Shown in pieces: positions 48,680-60,991 of a stretch of 64,000 nucleotides of DNA. The DNA is from Saccostrea cucullata (lineage: Eukaryota), in assembly GCF_032062105.1 (NCBI RefSeq), contig NW_026929709.1, forward strand, positions 62,001 to 126,000, read 5' to 3'. The translations under genes were made by a program, and so were the position numbers. The notes below the pieces were generated by a model. The model searched no databases. It was not told where the DNA came from and saw nothing but the letters and a program-made list of their open reading frames with translations. Numbering within the stretch: the first letter of the stretch is position 1; each line of letters begins with the position of its first letter.

Positions 48680-51600
48680 TCAGTTAAATCTACCAGAATG
48701 CTGAATATAAGAATGTACAATAGAAAATAGATACTCATTTTCAGCAATACTGAGTGATGTATCCCCCCAGAGTAAAGTCTGAATGTCAACAATATGGACT
48801 TTATTAAATCTCAAAAACTTATCGAAAAACTCTTTCCTAGCCTCGTTGTAGTTAGGGCACGAGAAAAAATAATGATGTGTATTTTCTACCTTACCGCAGG
48901 AACATAATGGACTAGATATTATATTACATCTATAAAGATCAGCGTTTAGCACGCAATTGTGCCGAAGCCGTGTATGCAGTATATTGTTGCGTCTTTTACC
49001 AAAATTAAAATATGGCGGAGCTTCTGTTATTTTTTGTTTAATTTTACTTTTGAAAACAGACAAAGAGCTCGAAAGTCTGGTATTTAGCGGTAAGGAATTC
49101 CACTCATTTATTACAGTTGGTACAAATGATGATTTGTAGGTTTGCAATTTACATACAGGTATACTATAATTTTGTGAGTTTCTTGTTGTATATGCAGAAG
49201 CATTACATCGCATATCAGGTATAATCTCAAATAGGTAATCTGGTACTAAATCATTGTGAATTTTGTACATGGTATTTAATCTTTGGATCTTGCGTCTGTC
49301 GCTGAGTGGTTCCCAGCCTGTTTCAAAATACAAAGAGTCTCTAGAGGCAATCATAGTTAGTCCAGTAACAATACGAGCTGCGTGTAGTTGCAATTTCTCT
49401 AATTTTTCAGAATCGATGGATAGACAACCACCCCATACAACTGAAGCGTACTCAAGTTGGGGACGGATAAATGAAGTATACATAAGTGAAAGGCTTTTTC
49501 GATTTATTTTAAACTTAAGTTTTTTCAAAAGACCTAATTTTTTGTATGGATTAGACAGCAAGATTTCAATGTGTGATGACCAACTTAAGTTGTATGAAAA
49601 CGTTACCCCTAGATGCTTATGAGTTTGAACATATTCTAATTGGCTTCCTGGAAAAGGAGTTTTGGAAATTCTTTGTTTTTTCTTGTGTTAAAAAATACAA
49701 CCTTAGTTTTAGAGGGATTAAATTTTAGCAACCATTTTTTAGACCACTCTTCAAGAGATAAAAGATCATTATTCAGATGACCTTCTATAGATTTGACACA
49801 TTTAGATGCATACTGCAAACTGTTATCATCAGCAAAAAGTCTACAAAAGCTTGACATCTTGTCAGCTACATCGTTCACATAAATTAAAAATAACAATGGA
49901 CCTAATACAGAGCCTTGTGGAACACCTGCATAAAGGGAATCAGTAGGGGATACCAGGTTTTTGTATATCACTCTTTGCGTTCTATTCTCTAAATAGCTTT
50001 TTAACCAACTATACATATCTTTCTTTACACCATACATTTTTAATTTAAATAAGAGTCCTTTGTGCCAAACACGGTCAAAGGCCTTAGATAAGTCACAAAA
50101 AATCAAACAGCAGGATTTGCCTTCATCAATGTTTCTAACAATGTTCATATGTTTCTAACAACTGATATACAGTAGAGTGACCAGGTAAGAAACCGGCCTG
50201 GTATTTATAAAAAATATTGTTAGAGTGAAAATAGTTGTACAAGTGTTTAAATACAATACGTTCCATCACTTTACTGACACAGCTTAACAATGAAACAGGT
50301 CTATAGTTAGATAAAACTGCAGGATCATCTTTTTTAAACAAAGGGATTACATTAGCTAATTTCCATTTTTTTGGAAAAACACAGTCTTTCAATGAACGGT
50401 TAAACAATAAGCACAGAGGTTTAACAACAGATAATTTTGTTGATTTTAACATTTTATGGCTAATACAGTCTTCTCCAATGGCTTTATTGACAGGTAATAT
50501 AGATAAAATATCAATAATTTCTTGTTCACAAATAAAGATATTATCAAAAGCACTATTACACTCAATGTTTTCTTTAGGTAATTCAGTCGTTTCATCATCA
50601 ACACATGTAATTGAAGCAAAATAAGTGTTGAGTACCTGTATCTTATTTTCATCAGAAAAAGCAAAATTAACATCACCTGATGCAGATGTGTACTGTAAAG
50701 GGGGGATGTCTGTGGTTGATTTACTTTTAAAAGTTTCTCTTAGAAGTTTCCAGTAAAGCTTAGAGTTGTTTTTACTTGAATCAATAAGTTGTAATTCAAG
50801 AGTATTTTGATAATTTTCAATAGCATGTTTTTTCATGTTATTAAATTTATTTCTTATATGCTTAAAATTATCCCAGTCACTTTGTTTATCACTTTTTTGT
50901 GCTTTTCGTCTCAATCTATGTTTTTCCCGATGGGTTTTCCTTAATAGTGAATCAAACCAAGGTTTGTCTTTAGGTCTTATTAATACTGATTTTTCCGGTA
51001 CACATTCCCTAACGAGATCTAAATATTTGGTTGAAAAATTTTCGGTAGCTTCGTCAGTTGATTCTGCATTACAAATAAGATTTTCCCAGTCAGCATTTTC
51101 TATAAGGTTATTAAGTTTTTCTATATTAGCATTTTTGTAATCCCATATTTTCCTAACATAAGGTTGCCTTTTGATGATACTAGATTTTAAAAAAACATAA
51201 GTTGCTTTATGATCAGTTAGTGTACTCTCTGTGTTTATCACGCCTGAGTGGAGTGCTACAAGGTCTGAGCTGATCAAAACTGGGTCAATAAGAGTATTCG
51301 AAGTGTATGTAGATCGTGTCGGTTCGCTGATTGTGTTTGTCAAGTGATAATTCAGCATGATGTCTTTAATAGGAAGTGTGCGAGTATTGTCAAGGAAATC
51401 AACGTTCAAGTCACCTACAATTATAAATTTGTTGGATATATCTGATACTTTTTCAACTGACCATAAAAATTTGTCCCAAAAGGATTTTTCGCTATTGGGT
51501 GGACGATATATACAACAAAGGAAAAGATTACAGGTAGGTTCACTTATTTCAATCCAGACGCATTCGATTGACATGGGTTCAAGGTCAATGCGACGAATAG

Positions 51601-52103
51601 CACGAAAACATGAAGAAACATAGATAATGATACCTCCACCATTAGAATTTCTATCTTTGCGAAAAATTGTATCATAACCTTCAATCATAATGTCACTATT
51701 ACAAATACTTGAGTCCAAGTGTGTTTCCGTGAAACGTAAAATATCAAAATCCGTGATTAATGCTGTTACATTTTCAATCTTATGTCGTAAACTTCTGATG
51801 TTTAAATGAAATATATCCAATGTGACTGTGTATTTGATCATTTGTAGGTCCCGGATTTATTTCAATGTCCCCTGACAAAAGATGCAAGAAAAAAATAATT
51901 TGAAACCAAAATTGCAGATGCAAAACGTTTTGAAAAATACCACACATTTTTTGTAGTTTAAACCATTTCTTGCTAGAGTTTATCAAATATAAATGTAGAT
52001 TTTTGACATCTAAAAAAGTAAAGAACACCTTTTGGATCGTACATCTGCTATTGCAGTAAAAGTTACCAATAGCGGCTCGATATTGCTCGATAGAATTACC
52101 TAT
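48680..52103 (-). pseudogene. LINE ORF2 (leader, 2A motif, APE, RT), frameshifted
   Basis: APE motifs HLNIRSL, TETHL, GGG, YRPP, GDLN, LID, DH; RT motifs DLSKAFD, GVPQGSVLGP, LFADD. Frame changes near 51840, 50140 and 49640. Confidence 0.9.
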
Positions 52104-52553
52104 CTTTGATTAAAATATTGATACATTTTTCTTTAAAAATAGATCGTAAAGCCGCAAGGTATAATTTGTGACAGCAATATCGCAAATTGGGCGGAGCATA
52201 CATACAAGACTGTGAACACATGAAAATGGAGAAAAACAAACAAAAACAAAATAAAATGGGGGTAAAAAGACAAAAAAATAAAGTACAAAACAAAAATGGA
52301 AATCTATGTGATTCAGTCATAAATGACATATGTACAAAAGAACGACCGATCACCATGAACAAAAAGAAACCAAATGACATAATCAAAGGAGAGCAAGTGG
52401 GTGAATAGTGCTATATTTACATAAATGTAGTGCTTAATAGCTACATATAATATAATATGATACGTAAATTGATATTTTGATATTTTGTATCCTTGGGATT
52501 GTAAGTGGCAGTCTTGATGAATGTCTCACATGTTTTGGTTATTTATAATTCAT

Positions 52554-53558
52554 TTACCCGTTAAGGAGATTTTCAAGATCCTCGAATGAACGTACTTCGT
52601 AACGGTGTCCCTTCTTTTCAAAATTAATGAAAATTCTCCCGTCGTAGGTCCAGAAACTATGGACGATTTCTGATTTTTTTGCTTGTATGATTTTAGAAAC
52701 TAAGGCTTGTCTATACTTGGTCAAGTCTTCCGTCACAAAAATTTTATTGACATTGTTTTTCAATTCTTTTTTTGCGCTGTAAACTCTGTTTTTGACCTTC
52801 CAATTTCTAAATCTGCAAATGATTTGAATTTTATTTTGTTTTGGGCTACCAATAGGATGAGATCTATCTATATCATCAGGAGTGATAGTAACACCCATTC
52901 CTGCACAGATCTGGATAACTGCGGATTCAGTGTCGAGTGGCTCTCTTTTCCCATCCTCGCCTGGCTCAGGTAACGGGACATTATGGAAGCGTAGAGAAGG
53001 TCTGCGACCATACTGCTCTAGGTTGTCTAGCCCATACTCTAAATCATCTACTCTACGTTTTAATTCATCATTACTCTCTTTTAAGGTTTTTATTTCCTCA
53101 TTTTGCTCTTCTATATCTTTTTGCTGTTCCTTAATTGAACTTAGGATGGGCTGGAGACAACTTTGAACGATAAGTTGGATGTGGGGAGTGATAGCAGATG
53201 CAATAAGTGGAGCAAATGCCCCCATGAAAGCCTGACTATGAACGGCCTTAACAATTAGTTCATTTATGGCGGATGTTTGTATCTCCCCGTTGGAGTCAAC
53301 TATAGCTGTTGAAGAGCCATTACTTTTGTTTGGGTCAGGTGATGAACTTAAGACTGTAGATGTTGGGGTCAAAGGAGAGGATGATGGGATTTTTGATTGA
53401 CTGGGCTCAAAGTTAGTGGCCATCTCGGCTGACAGATTAGAAATGTCTGGCAAGGATGAGGAAGACGTGATACGTCTTCGAGATGATAAGTGTTCAGTGA
53501 AACTTAATTCAGAAGACCTTTTACGTTTGGTGTCCTTGGCACATCTAGAGTCCGACAT
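52554..53558 (-). CDS. LINE ORF1 (coiled coil plus RRM/CTD, L1-type)
   Basis: LEQYGRRPSLRFHNVP, DIDRSHPIG, IICRF, IFVTEDLT and WTYDGRIF. Confidence 0.9.
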   Translation of the reverse strand: MSDSRCAKDTKRKRSSELSFTEHLSSRRRITSSSSLPDISNLSAEMATNFEPSQSKIPSSSPLTPTSTVLSSSPDPNKSNGSSTAIVDSNGEIQTSAINELIVKAVHSQAFMGAFAPLIASAITPHIQLIVQSCLQPILSSIKEQQKDIEEQNEEIKTLKESNDELKRRVDDLEYGLDNLEQYGRRPSLRFHNVPLPEPGEDGKREPLDTESAVIQICAGMGVTITPDDIDRSHPIGSPKQNKIQIICRFRNWKVKNRVYSAKKELKNNVNKIFVTEDLTKYRQALVSKIIQAKKSEIVHSFWTYDGRIFINFEKKGHRYEVRSFEDLENLLNG

Positions 53559-53850
53559 TGGTTGGTATCGTGAGTAGAGTTCATTGGACCAAACGACACA
53601 ATTAATTAAAATTTTGTCTATATTTGATGAACAGCTTCAAAATCACTATTATAAGAAACTATGGCATATTATACGATGATAGTTATATAGTTAACAATTC
53701 GTTAACTATTATAGTTTTCCTCTGTAAAGCTATATTTAACGGTTGCTAACTATAGTTACAAATGCTGATCTAAGTTTATCTGTCTGTAATAAAGCGTTAA
53801 CAATAGATTTTGTTGATAAATATAGATTCACGATTGAAAACTATAGTTTA

Positions 53851-55125
53851 TGTAACGATCCCTCCCCCATTTTTCTTGAATCTCATTTTTTTTATCTTGG
53901 CATTTTTCTAAAGCATGCATACTTTCAATTCATTCATCAATTCTTGTATGGAATGTTGAAATGTCCAGCGAGAGTTATGTCTTAAATGTTGGTTGACAAC
54001 TGCTTAAATGTAGCGAAGATCTATGCCATTTTTCTTGTGTTTCGATGTGTTGAATGTCACTCATCGTCTTGCTATTTAATTACACGCTTTTTGTTGGCTT
54101 AATTGTACATACGTAATTGTAAAGTTGCGCTGTAATTCAAGATTATCTTAAAGTTACCTTATTTCTTGTGTGATCGATGTTTTATGGTCTTCGAGTACAC
54201 ACGTTTCACTGAAACTTCTGCCGCCGCCATACTTTGTTTACTTGTGTATTTTCCCGTGATGCTTCACGGTGTTCTATTTTTACTGGAGTTATTTCGGCGG
54301 AAGATTTGATTGTAAATTCTTTTAAATTAAATGTTAAACAGTGTTAAAAGAGCTTTTAAAAGTGTAACTTTATGTTTTATGAATGTATTTAATTTATTTA
54401 CGTATTTTAATAATTTTACATACGATGTACGAGAGTGAGATTTCGTTACGGGACGATAGTTATATTTGATTGGCTGATTATTATTTACGGGATGGAATTA
54501 TTAGTTATGATTGGTTATGAATTATTGCGGGTTTTGTTAATTCTATAAATACCCAGATGCTGAATATCGTTTGCTCTCTCGTTTTCTTTGTGACCTAGAG
54601 AAAGGTTGCCAGTTTTATCCAGAGTAATTTAAGGTGTGTACTATTTCAGTATCTGTGTGACTGAAGTACATAATGTGTAATGTTAGGTTAGGCTAAATTA
54701 ATTATTACTAGTAATTGTACTAGTTTTATTTATAATTACTAGTTGTGAACTAGTTATTTTTATCTTCTTTAGCCCAGTTTAGGAGTTAGGAAATATTTCT
54801 GCTGCGTGCTAGTAGTTGAACTAGTAGCGGGAATATTTATTTGTAAATTAATTATAAGTCATTTATAGAGAGCCTTTACGTTTTATTTTGGTCGGGGGAA
54901 TTTCTATTTAAATCATAAATTTACTGGAAATAGTGCCAGTTGCCCAGTTCTATATCAGTAGTTGTACTGATTTTGGTCTTAGATCTATGTCCCGAGGGTT
55001 GAGACTTGTGTGAATTTCAAACATTGTTATTTATTTTCGCTGTTCATGTATTACTGAATAAAATTATAAAACTTTACATCGAAGTTTTTGTTCTCAACAC
55101 AAGGCAGGCGTTCCGAAGCGTTACA
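53851..55125 (+). repeat. 5' LTR (1275 bp)
   Basis: TGTAACG...CGTTACA; direct repeat of 60992-62266. Confidence 0.97.
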
Positions 55126-55284
55126 ATTTTGGCATCCACGGCGGGATCCGTTTAAGTTTACGGGTCCTGTGATCGAATGATCCGTTTAAGTTTACGGGTC
55201 CTGTGATCGAATCATAACAACGCTTTGTCTGTGTTTGAGAAACAAAAATTTTATTAAGCAAACATCGAATAAAAATAAATCACA

Positions 55285-57375
55285 ATGGCAGGTCGTAAAA
55301 GTCGACGGAGGCGTCGTGGTCTTCAAGAATCTAGATCTACCTCACGGATTTCGTGCTCCTCCGTAGAAACTGCAAGAGAAAATGAAAGCGAATGTGAATT
55401 TCCGTGTGAAGGAGCTGACATGCACAGAACTAAGCCATTTGTTCATTCAAATAAAGAAGCCTCCCAGTCAGCAAATTTACATGACTCAGATACAAGTTTA
55501 ATGCTTGTGAGTTCTCAGGCAGACGTTGTGAGAGACGGAGAATCTACACTTTTTACTGGAAACTCAGATACAGTGTCTGTAACTGTGAGTTCTACTACAG
55601 AGCAGCCACAGACAGCACACAGTGTAGTTACACCTAAAATGAGCCATCTTCACACCTGTGGTCCCACAACTCAGATGCCTTTTGTACCTGTTTGCTCACA
55701 TTTTGCTGAGAATTTATGTACAGGTTTTCCTAGAGAGCCGACAGCTGTCCCTGGTATGTATATACCTGCAGTCTCCAGTACCGGTACTCTCATGAGCCCC
55801 TCCATTACACAGACAGCAAGTCCAGTATCTGGGTTACCTGTGAACTCTCATACACACAGCACTTCTTTGAGTTCATGTACAGGTACAAATTATTACAATA
55901 CCTTACCTGTAAGCTCATATGCAGTTCCTTATACTGCGAGTTTTCAAGGTCCTGTTTATGGTCATCAAAACCAGAGCGCCCATATGTTTACCCCATTCCC
56001 CACAATTACAACATCAGCTCACAGCGTTTGCATGAGAACTCATTTACCTCTAAGTTTGTGTACAGGTTCTGTGCCTGTAAGTTCTTGTACAGGTAATGTA
56101 CCTGTAAGCTTATGTACATGTACAGGTTCTGTGCCTGTTGGTCTAAGTACAGGTTCTGTACCTGTGAGTTTGTGTACAGGTTCTGTACCTGTGATGCAGA
56201 ATCGGACCCTCTCTGCTCCCATGAGAAGTGCAAGAGCCTTATCCAGTACGAGTAACGAGCAAACTGCACTTATCCAGCTCACGGAGATGGTAGAGCATTT
56301 ACAAGAGAAAATTAAACAGCTCTCTGAACAAGACCACCAAAGGACCAACCCTGACAACAGACAATCAGATACGTGTAGTGCATTTCATGAGTGTTTGAGT
56401 AGCGACAGAGAAACATCGCAAGAGTCTGACTTTGTGTACCGGAAAAAGGCCAAGCATCACAATGTAAAGATTCCTCTGTACACAGGGAAAGAAGACTGGT
56501 CTGTCTGGTTTTGTCGTTTTGAGGAAGTTGCAGACAGATACCACTGGACAACAGATGACAAACTGGACCAATTACTGCCCAGACTACATGAAGATGCAGC
56601 TGACTTTGTGTATGGCCAATTATCGAAAGAGTCGAGAAGCAGTTATAAGAGACTTATGAAGGAACTGACCAATCGTTTCCGTGCAATCGAAACCAGTCGA
56701 ACATATTTGGCAAAATTTAATAATAGAGTTCAGAAGCCTGGTGAGCGAGTCGAGGACTTTGCGGCTGATCTAAAGCGCCTGTATGTCAAAGCCCACCCGG
56801 AGCGAGACTCAAAGACTAGAGAGGAAGACTTGCTCAGGAAATTTTTAGATGGTCTGGCTGATACAGAAGCCCAGTTTCATGTGGAATACGTCAAGGACCC
56901 CTCAGATATACATGAAGCTGTACGACAGGTTATAAATTATGAAGAAGCAGGTCGGCCTTCAACTAAGAAACATGTCAGAGAGGTGAAGTCGCTGTACAGT
57001 GATTCTGAATCAGAAGCCACGCCTAAGACAGTCACTAAAGCCAAGTCGTTGAAAAAGAAAAGTGTCAGAAATATAAAGTACAGCCAAGGAAACAAACAAG
57101 GGTCAGGTGGCACTATCGAAGCCTTGCAGAAACAAATCGATGAGATGGCAAAGGTTCTCGACAACCTGACTAAGCAGAGCAACACTGGGACACAGCCAAG
57201 TAGGCCTATTATTGGTACATCTCAACCAGACATGTCTACCAGTCAGACAGCTCCTCTGGACAGACCACACAAACGTAGCTGTTTTTACTGCAAAGGTGAA
57301 GGTCATTTCATAAGGGACTGCCCAAAGAGAATTAATGACCTGCAAGTCTCAAAGGCACCTTTAAACAGGCATTAG
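55285..57375 (+). CDS. gag: Gag with a long S/T-rich N-terminus, capsid domain and CCHC knuckle
   Basis: YTGKEDWSVW..RFE, RVQKPGERVEDFAADL, FLDGL and CFYCKGEGHFIRDC. Confidence 0.92.
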   Translation: MAGRKSRRRRRGLQESRSTSRISCSSVETARENESECEFPCEGADMHRTKPFVHSNKEASQSANLHDSDTSLMLVSSQADVVRDGESTLFTGNSDTVSVTVSSTTEQPQTAHSVVTPKMSHLHTCGPTTQMPFVPVCSHFAENLCTGFPREPTAVPGMYIPAVSSTGTLMSPSITQTASPVSGLPVNSHTHSTSLSSCTGTNYYNTLPVSSYAVPYTASFQGPVYGHQNQSAHMFTPFPTITTSAHSVCMRTHLPLSLCTGSVPVSSCTGNVPVSLCTCTGSVPVGLSTGSVPVSLCTGSVPVMQNRTLSAPMRSARALSSTSNEQTALIQLTEMVEHLQEKIKQLSEQDHQRTNPDNRQSDTCSAFHECLSSDRETSQESDFVYRKKAKHHNVKIPLYTGKEDWSVWFCRFEEVADRYHWTTDDKLDQLLPRLHEDAADFVYGQLSKESRSSYKRLMKELTNRFRAIETSRTYLAKFNNRVQKPGERVEDFAADLKRLYVKAHPERDSKTREEDLLRKFLDGLADTEAQFHVEYVKDPSDIHEAVRQVINYEEAGRPSTKKHVREVKSLYSDSESEATPKTVTKAKSLKKKSVRNIKYSQGNKQGSGGTIEALQKQIDEMAKVLDNLTKQSNTGTQPSRPIIGTSQPDMSTSQTAPLDRPHKRSCFYCKGEGHFIRDCPKRINDLQVSKAPLNRH

Positions 57376-60035
57376 CCGTTCCTGTGGGTCAAGGACCGGC
57401 TACAGAAGAAACTGACAGACAGACGAACAGTTTAGACCCACCAACAGACCGACAACCAGATAATTTTGATGAATCAGAAGATTTTTGTTTTATTTCTAAT
57501 CGAATACCAGATGCAGATGGTGTGTACATAGAGGGAAACGTAAATGGTTTAGATGTCCACATTACAACAGATACTGGTGCATTCAATACTATACTTTCAT
57601 ACAAAGTGTATGAACAACTCAAAGACGTGAACAGACCCAGACTTCAAGGAAAGTCGCACTTGCGAGGAGCTGACGGAAGTACCATTCATGTTTATGGGAA
57701 AGGAGTGTTCGAATTGCAACTTGGTTCCTTGGCCCTCAAGAAAATCCTTTTAGTAGCTGATATCCAAGATGAAGTGTTACTTGGAGTGGACATCCTGCAG
57801 AATAGTGATATTGGTCAAGCAGATATTCTCCTGAGTAAAGGACTGATAAGGTTCAAAGGTCATGATATTCCATGCATACAACGTGGTGTGCATAAAGATA
57901 TTACCCTCCATTGTGTGGAGAGGTGTGATATACCTGGGAATACAGAAGTAATAATACCGGCTTTTGTATAGCGTGAATGTGAGGTTGATGTTGAAGAGGA
58001 CCTTATGTTTGTGCCAAGTGGAGATCTTATGGAGACCTCCTTACTGTTAGCCCCAGCAGTTCTGAACATCAGAGGGAAACTGAGTGTACCCCTGAGAGTT
58101 ATGAACCCTTTTGATGAAGGAAAAACACTTTATCCAGACACAGTGGTGGGTACTGTTGAAGGATATGGGGGAATAGTAGATGTAATTGGACCGGTTTATA
58201 GTGACCTAAGAAGCCTTTGTCGATCTACTGAATTCTCGCCTGGAGAGGCATGTGAGGTTCCAGATCATTTGCGTGAGCTTTATGAAGGCTCTTCCCAGTC
58301 CTTAAATAAGTCAGAAAAAGAAGCTTTTCGGAAATTCTTGCTCGACCATCAGGATGCATTTTCAAAAGATGAATGGGACCTAGGACAAACCAATTTAGTT
58401 GAACATGAGATTAATACTGGTGACAGTAAACCTGTAAAACAGCCACCTCGTAGAGTTCCAATAGCACTAGCCAATGAGGAGAGAGATGCCATTCTGAACC
58501 TTAGAGAGAGGGGCATAATACAACCTTCTACATCACCTTGGTCCTCTCCACTGGTCTTAGCTAAAAAGAAAAATGGAAAAATAAGGGTCTGTGTAGATTA
58601 TCGAGCTGTAAATAATTTAACAGTTAAGGATGCATTCCCACTCCCACGAATTCAAGACTGTCTAGATTCCGTTGCAGGAGCTTCAATGTTTTCCACTCTG
58701 GATTTGACAGCTGGGTATCACCAAGTCAGAGTCAAGGCTGAAGATATACCAAAAACAGCATTTGTTACAAAATATGGTCATTTCGAGTATAAAACCATGC
58801 CTTTTGGATTGACTAATGCACCAGGTACATTCCAGAGACTTATGGAGATGGCATTAAATGGCCTCCAGTGGGACATTTGTCTTATTTATTTGGACGATGT
58901 AGTGATATTTAGCAGAAATTTTGATGAACACATGTCCAGACTTAGCCAGGTGGTTCAAAGAATAACAGATGCAGGTTTAAAATTGAAACCTGAGAAATGT
59001 AGCCTTTTTCAAGATGAAGTTATTTTTCTTGGACATAAAGTCACTAAAGATGGAGTCTTACCAGATAAGCAGAATGTAGAGAAAATTTTGAATTGGACCA
59101 GACCAAATAATGTTACTGAAGTACGACAATTCCTTGGAACTGCCTCTTACTACAGGAGATTTATAAAAGGGTTTTCGGTGATAGCTAAACCTCTTACTGA
59201 ACTTACACAAAAGAACCATTCTTTCCGCTGGACAGACTTATGCGAGAAAGCATTTCTGCAACTAAAGAAGATCCTTACTGGGCCCGATATAATGGGATAT
59301 CCTGACCCAAACCAAGGCCATTTTATTCTTGACACAGATGCCTGTGATGTAGGCATTGGTGCTGTATTGAGCCAAGTACAAGATGGACGTGAGAAAGTGT
59401 TAGCCTATGGGAGTCGAACCCTAAACCATGCTGAAAGGAACTATTGTGTAACTGATAAAGAGCTCCTAGCTGTTCGTTATTTCGTGGAATACTTCAAACA
59501 ATATCTTTTGGGACAAAGATTTATCCTTAGGACTGATCACCAAGCATTAGTCTGGCTATATAAACTGAAAGAACCTAAAGGAAGAGTGGCTCGCTGGATT
59601 GAAATATTGTCAGCCTACAATTTTGAAATTGAGTATAGGCCTGGTACACAGCATGGTAATGCCGACGGTCTATCAAGATGTCCGAACCCAGCCGACTGTA
59701 GCTGCTCAGAAGGTGACAGTTTAGAAAGCCTGAAATGTGGACCTTGTATTAAGTGCAGAAAGAGAGCTGAGACTATGGAAACTCAAGAAAACCTTAATCA
59801 GGGGGGTGCTATTCGTGTGATGACAAGAAAGCATGACAGCTCTAAAAATTTACCTGAAGGGACACAATGGATGTCAAAGTACAACTCATCAAGTCTACAA
59901 TGTCTCCAGATGGAAGATAATGGTATTGGTCCAGTGCTTAAGTGGAAACTGGCAGGAAGTAAACCTACAAAAGAGGAAGTGGTCAAATACTCTCCAGCAA
60001 CCAGACGTTCCGTTCCGCAGCAGGAGACAGCATAG
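57360..60035 (+). pseudogene. pol: Pol (protease, RT, RNase H) in the -1 frame; in-frame TAG at 57969-57971; integrase deleted
   Basis: Slippery site T TTA AAC at 57360-57366; DTGA; CVDYR, MPFGL, YLDD; RNase H DAC..GIGAVL, KELLA, TDH. Confidence 0.9.
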
Positions 60036-60991
60036 GATGTGATTCTAGGACAAAATTAAATTGGTAATTTTGAGTAATAAGTATAAGTAAGTTAAGAAAG
60101 TATTCATTTCATGCATTGTCAATATTTGTTGTAAATTTGGAGATAAGGTTGGGAATGAGATTGATTTGTGGACTTTATGTGTAATTTTTTTTTTTTTTTT
60201 TGATATTTCAAGCATTAAGTCTGATGATAATGAGATTCATTTCTGTAATATTATTTACCTTTGATATTTTTGCTTGCTGAGACCTTAGTGTCCATTTCTC
60301 TTTTCTGTGATCCTGTGAATGAAAATAAGAAAGATTATACATTATTAGTTATACTTATAGAACTTAAGTGTTTAAAGTATTAGCATTAGTGTTATCAGGA
60401 CGCTGTATATTTGCAAGTATTTATGATGAATTTAACAGAGAGGCTGCTAATATCTTGTACATCCATTGTTTTTGTAAGATAAACTCATTCTTTAAATGGC
60501 AGTTAATGAATATTAATTGAATTATTATCATTCATGTACATTTTAACTTACTTACCTTATCACACTGTATACAATGCTCTGCTCATTTGTCTTCAAGATT
60601 ATGGTGAATTCCATGTTTTGATTTGGCATTTTGTGTTTATGTATAAAGTTTCTATCATATTGATTTGTGATATGCATGAAGGCTGGCATTGTAATTTTAT
60701 ATTCTGTAAAATTTCTATGATTTTTTATTTCTTCATCACTACTACAAATGTGAATTTTTGAGAAGTTGACAAAAATTTTATGAGGTAATTTTTGTGAAGT
60801 ACAGCATTTATTTGGAGTAGTCTCCCTTGTGTGTATTGATTAGCTGTACTGTTCATGGAAGTTAAGTATATGTGTATCGAGTGTATAATAGTAGTAACAT
60901 GTCATTAATTATCTTAATTAATTGTTGTATTTGAATTTTATTGTTTGTATTTTGAGTCCAAAGGGACTTGGACTCTTAGAGAGGGGCAAAA

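Larger units (their letters stand above)
48444..53680 (-). mobile_element. Near full-length CR1/Zenon-like LINE
   Basis: ORF1 plus an APE-RT ORF2. 3' end AATAAAATATGTTCAAACCAAACC. Flanked by a 53-bp direct repeat. Confidence 0.9.

Noticed and set aside
52096-52408. ORFs in the LINE inter-ORF spacer
   Set aside because: Low-complexity T-rich/A-rich sequence with no domain evidence.
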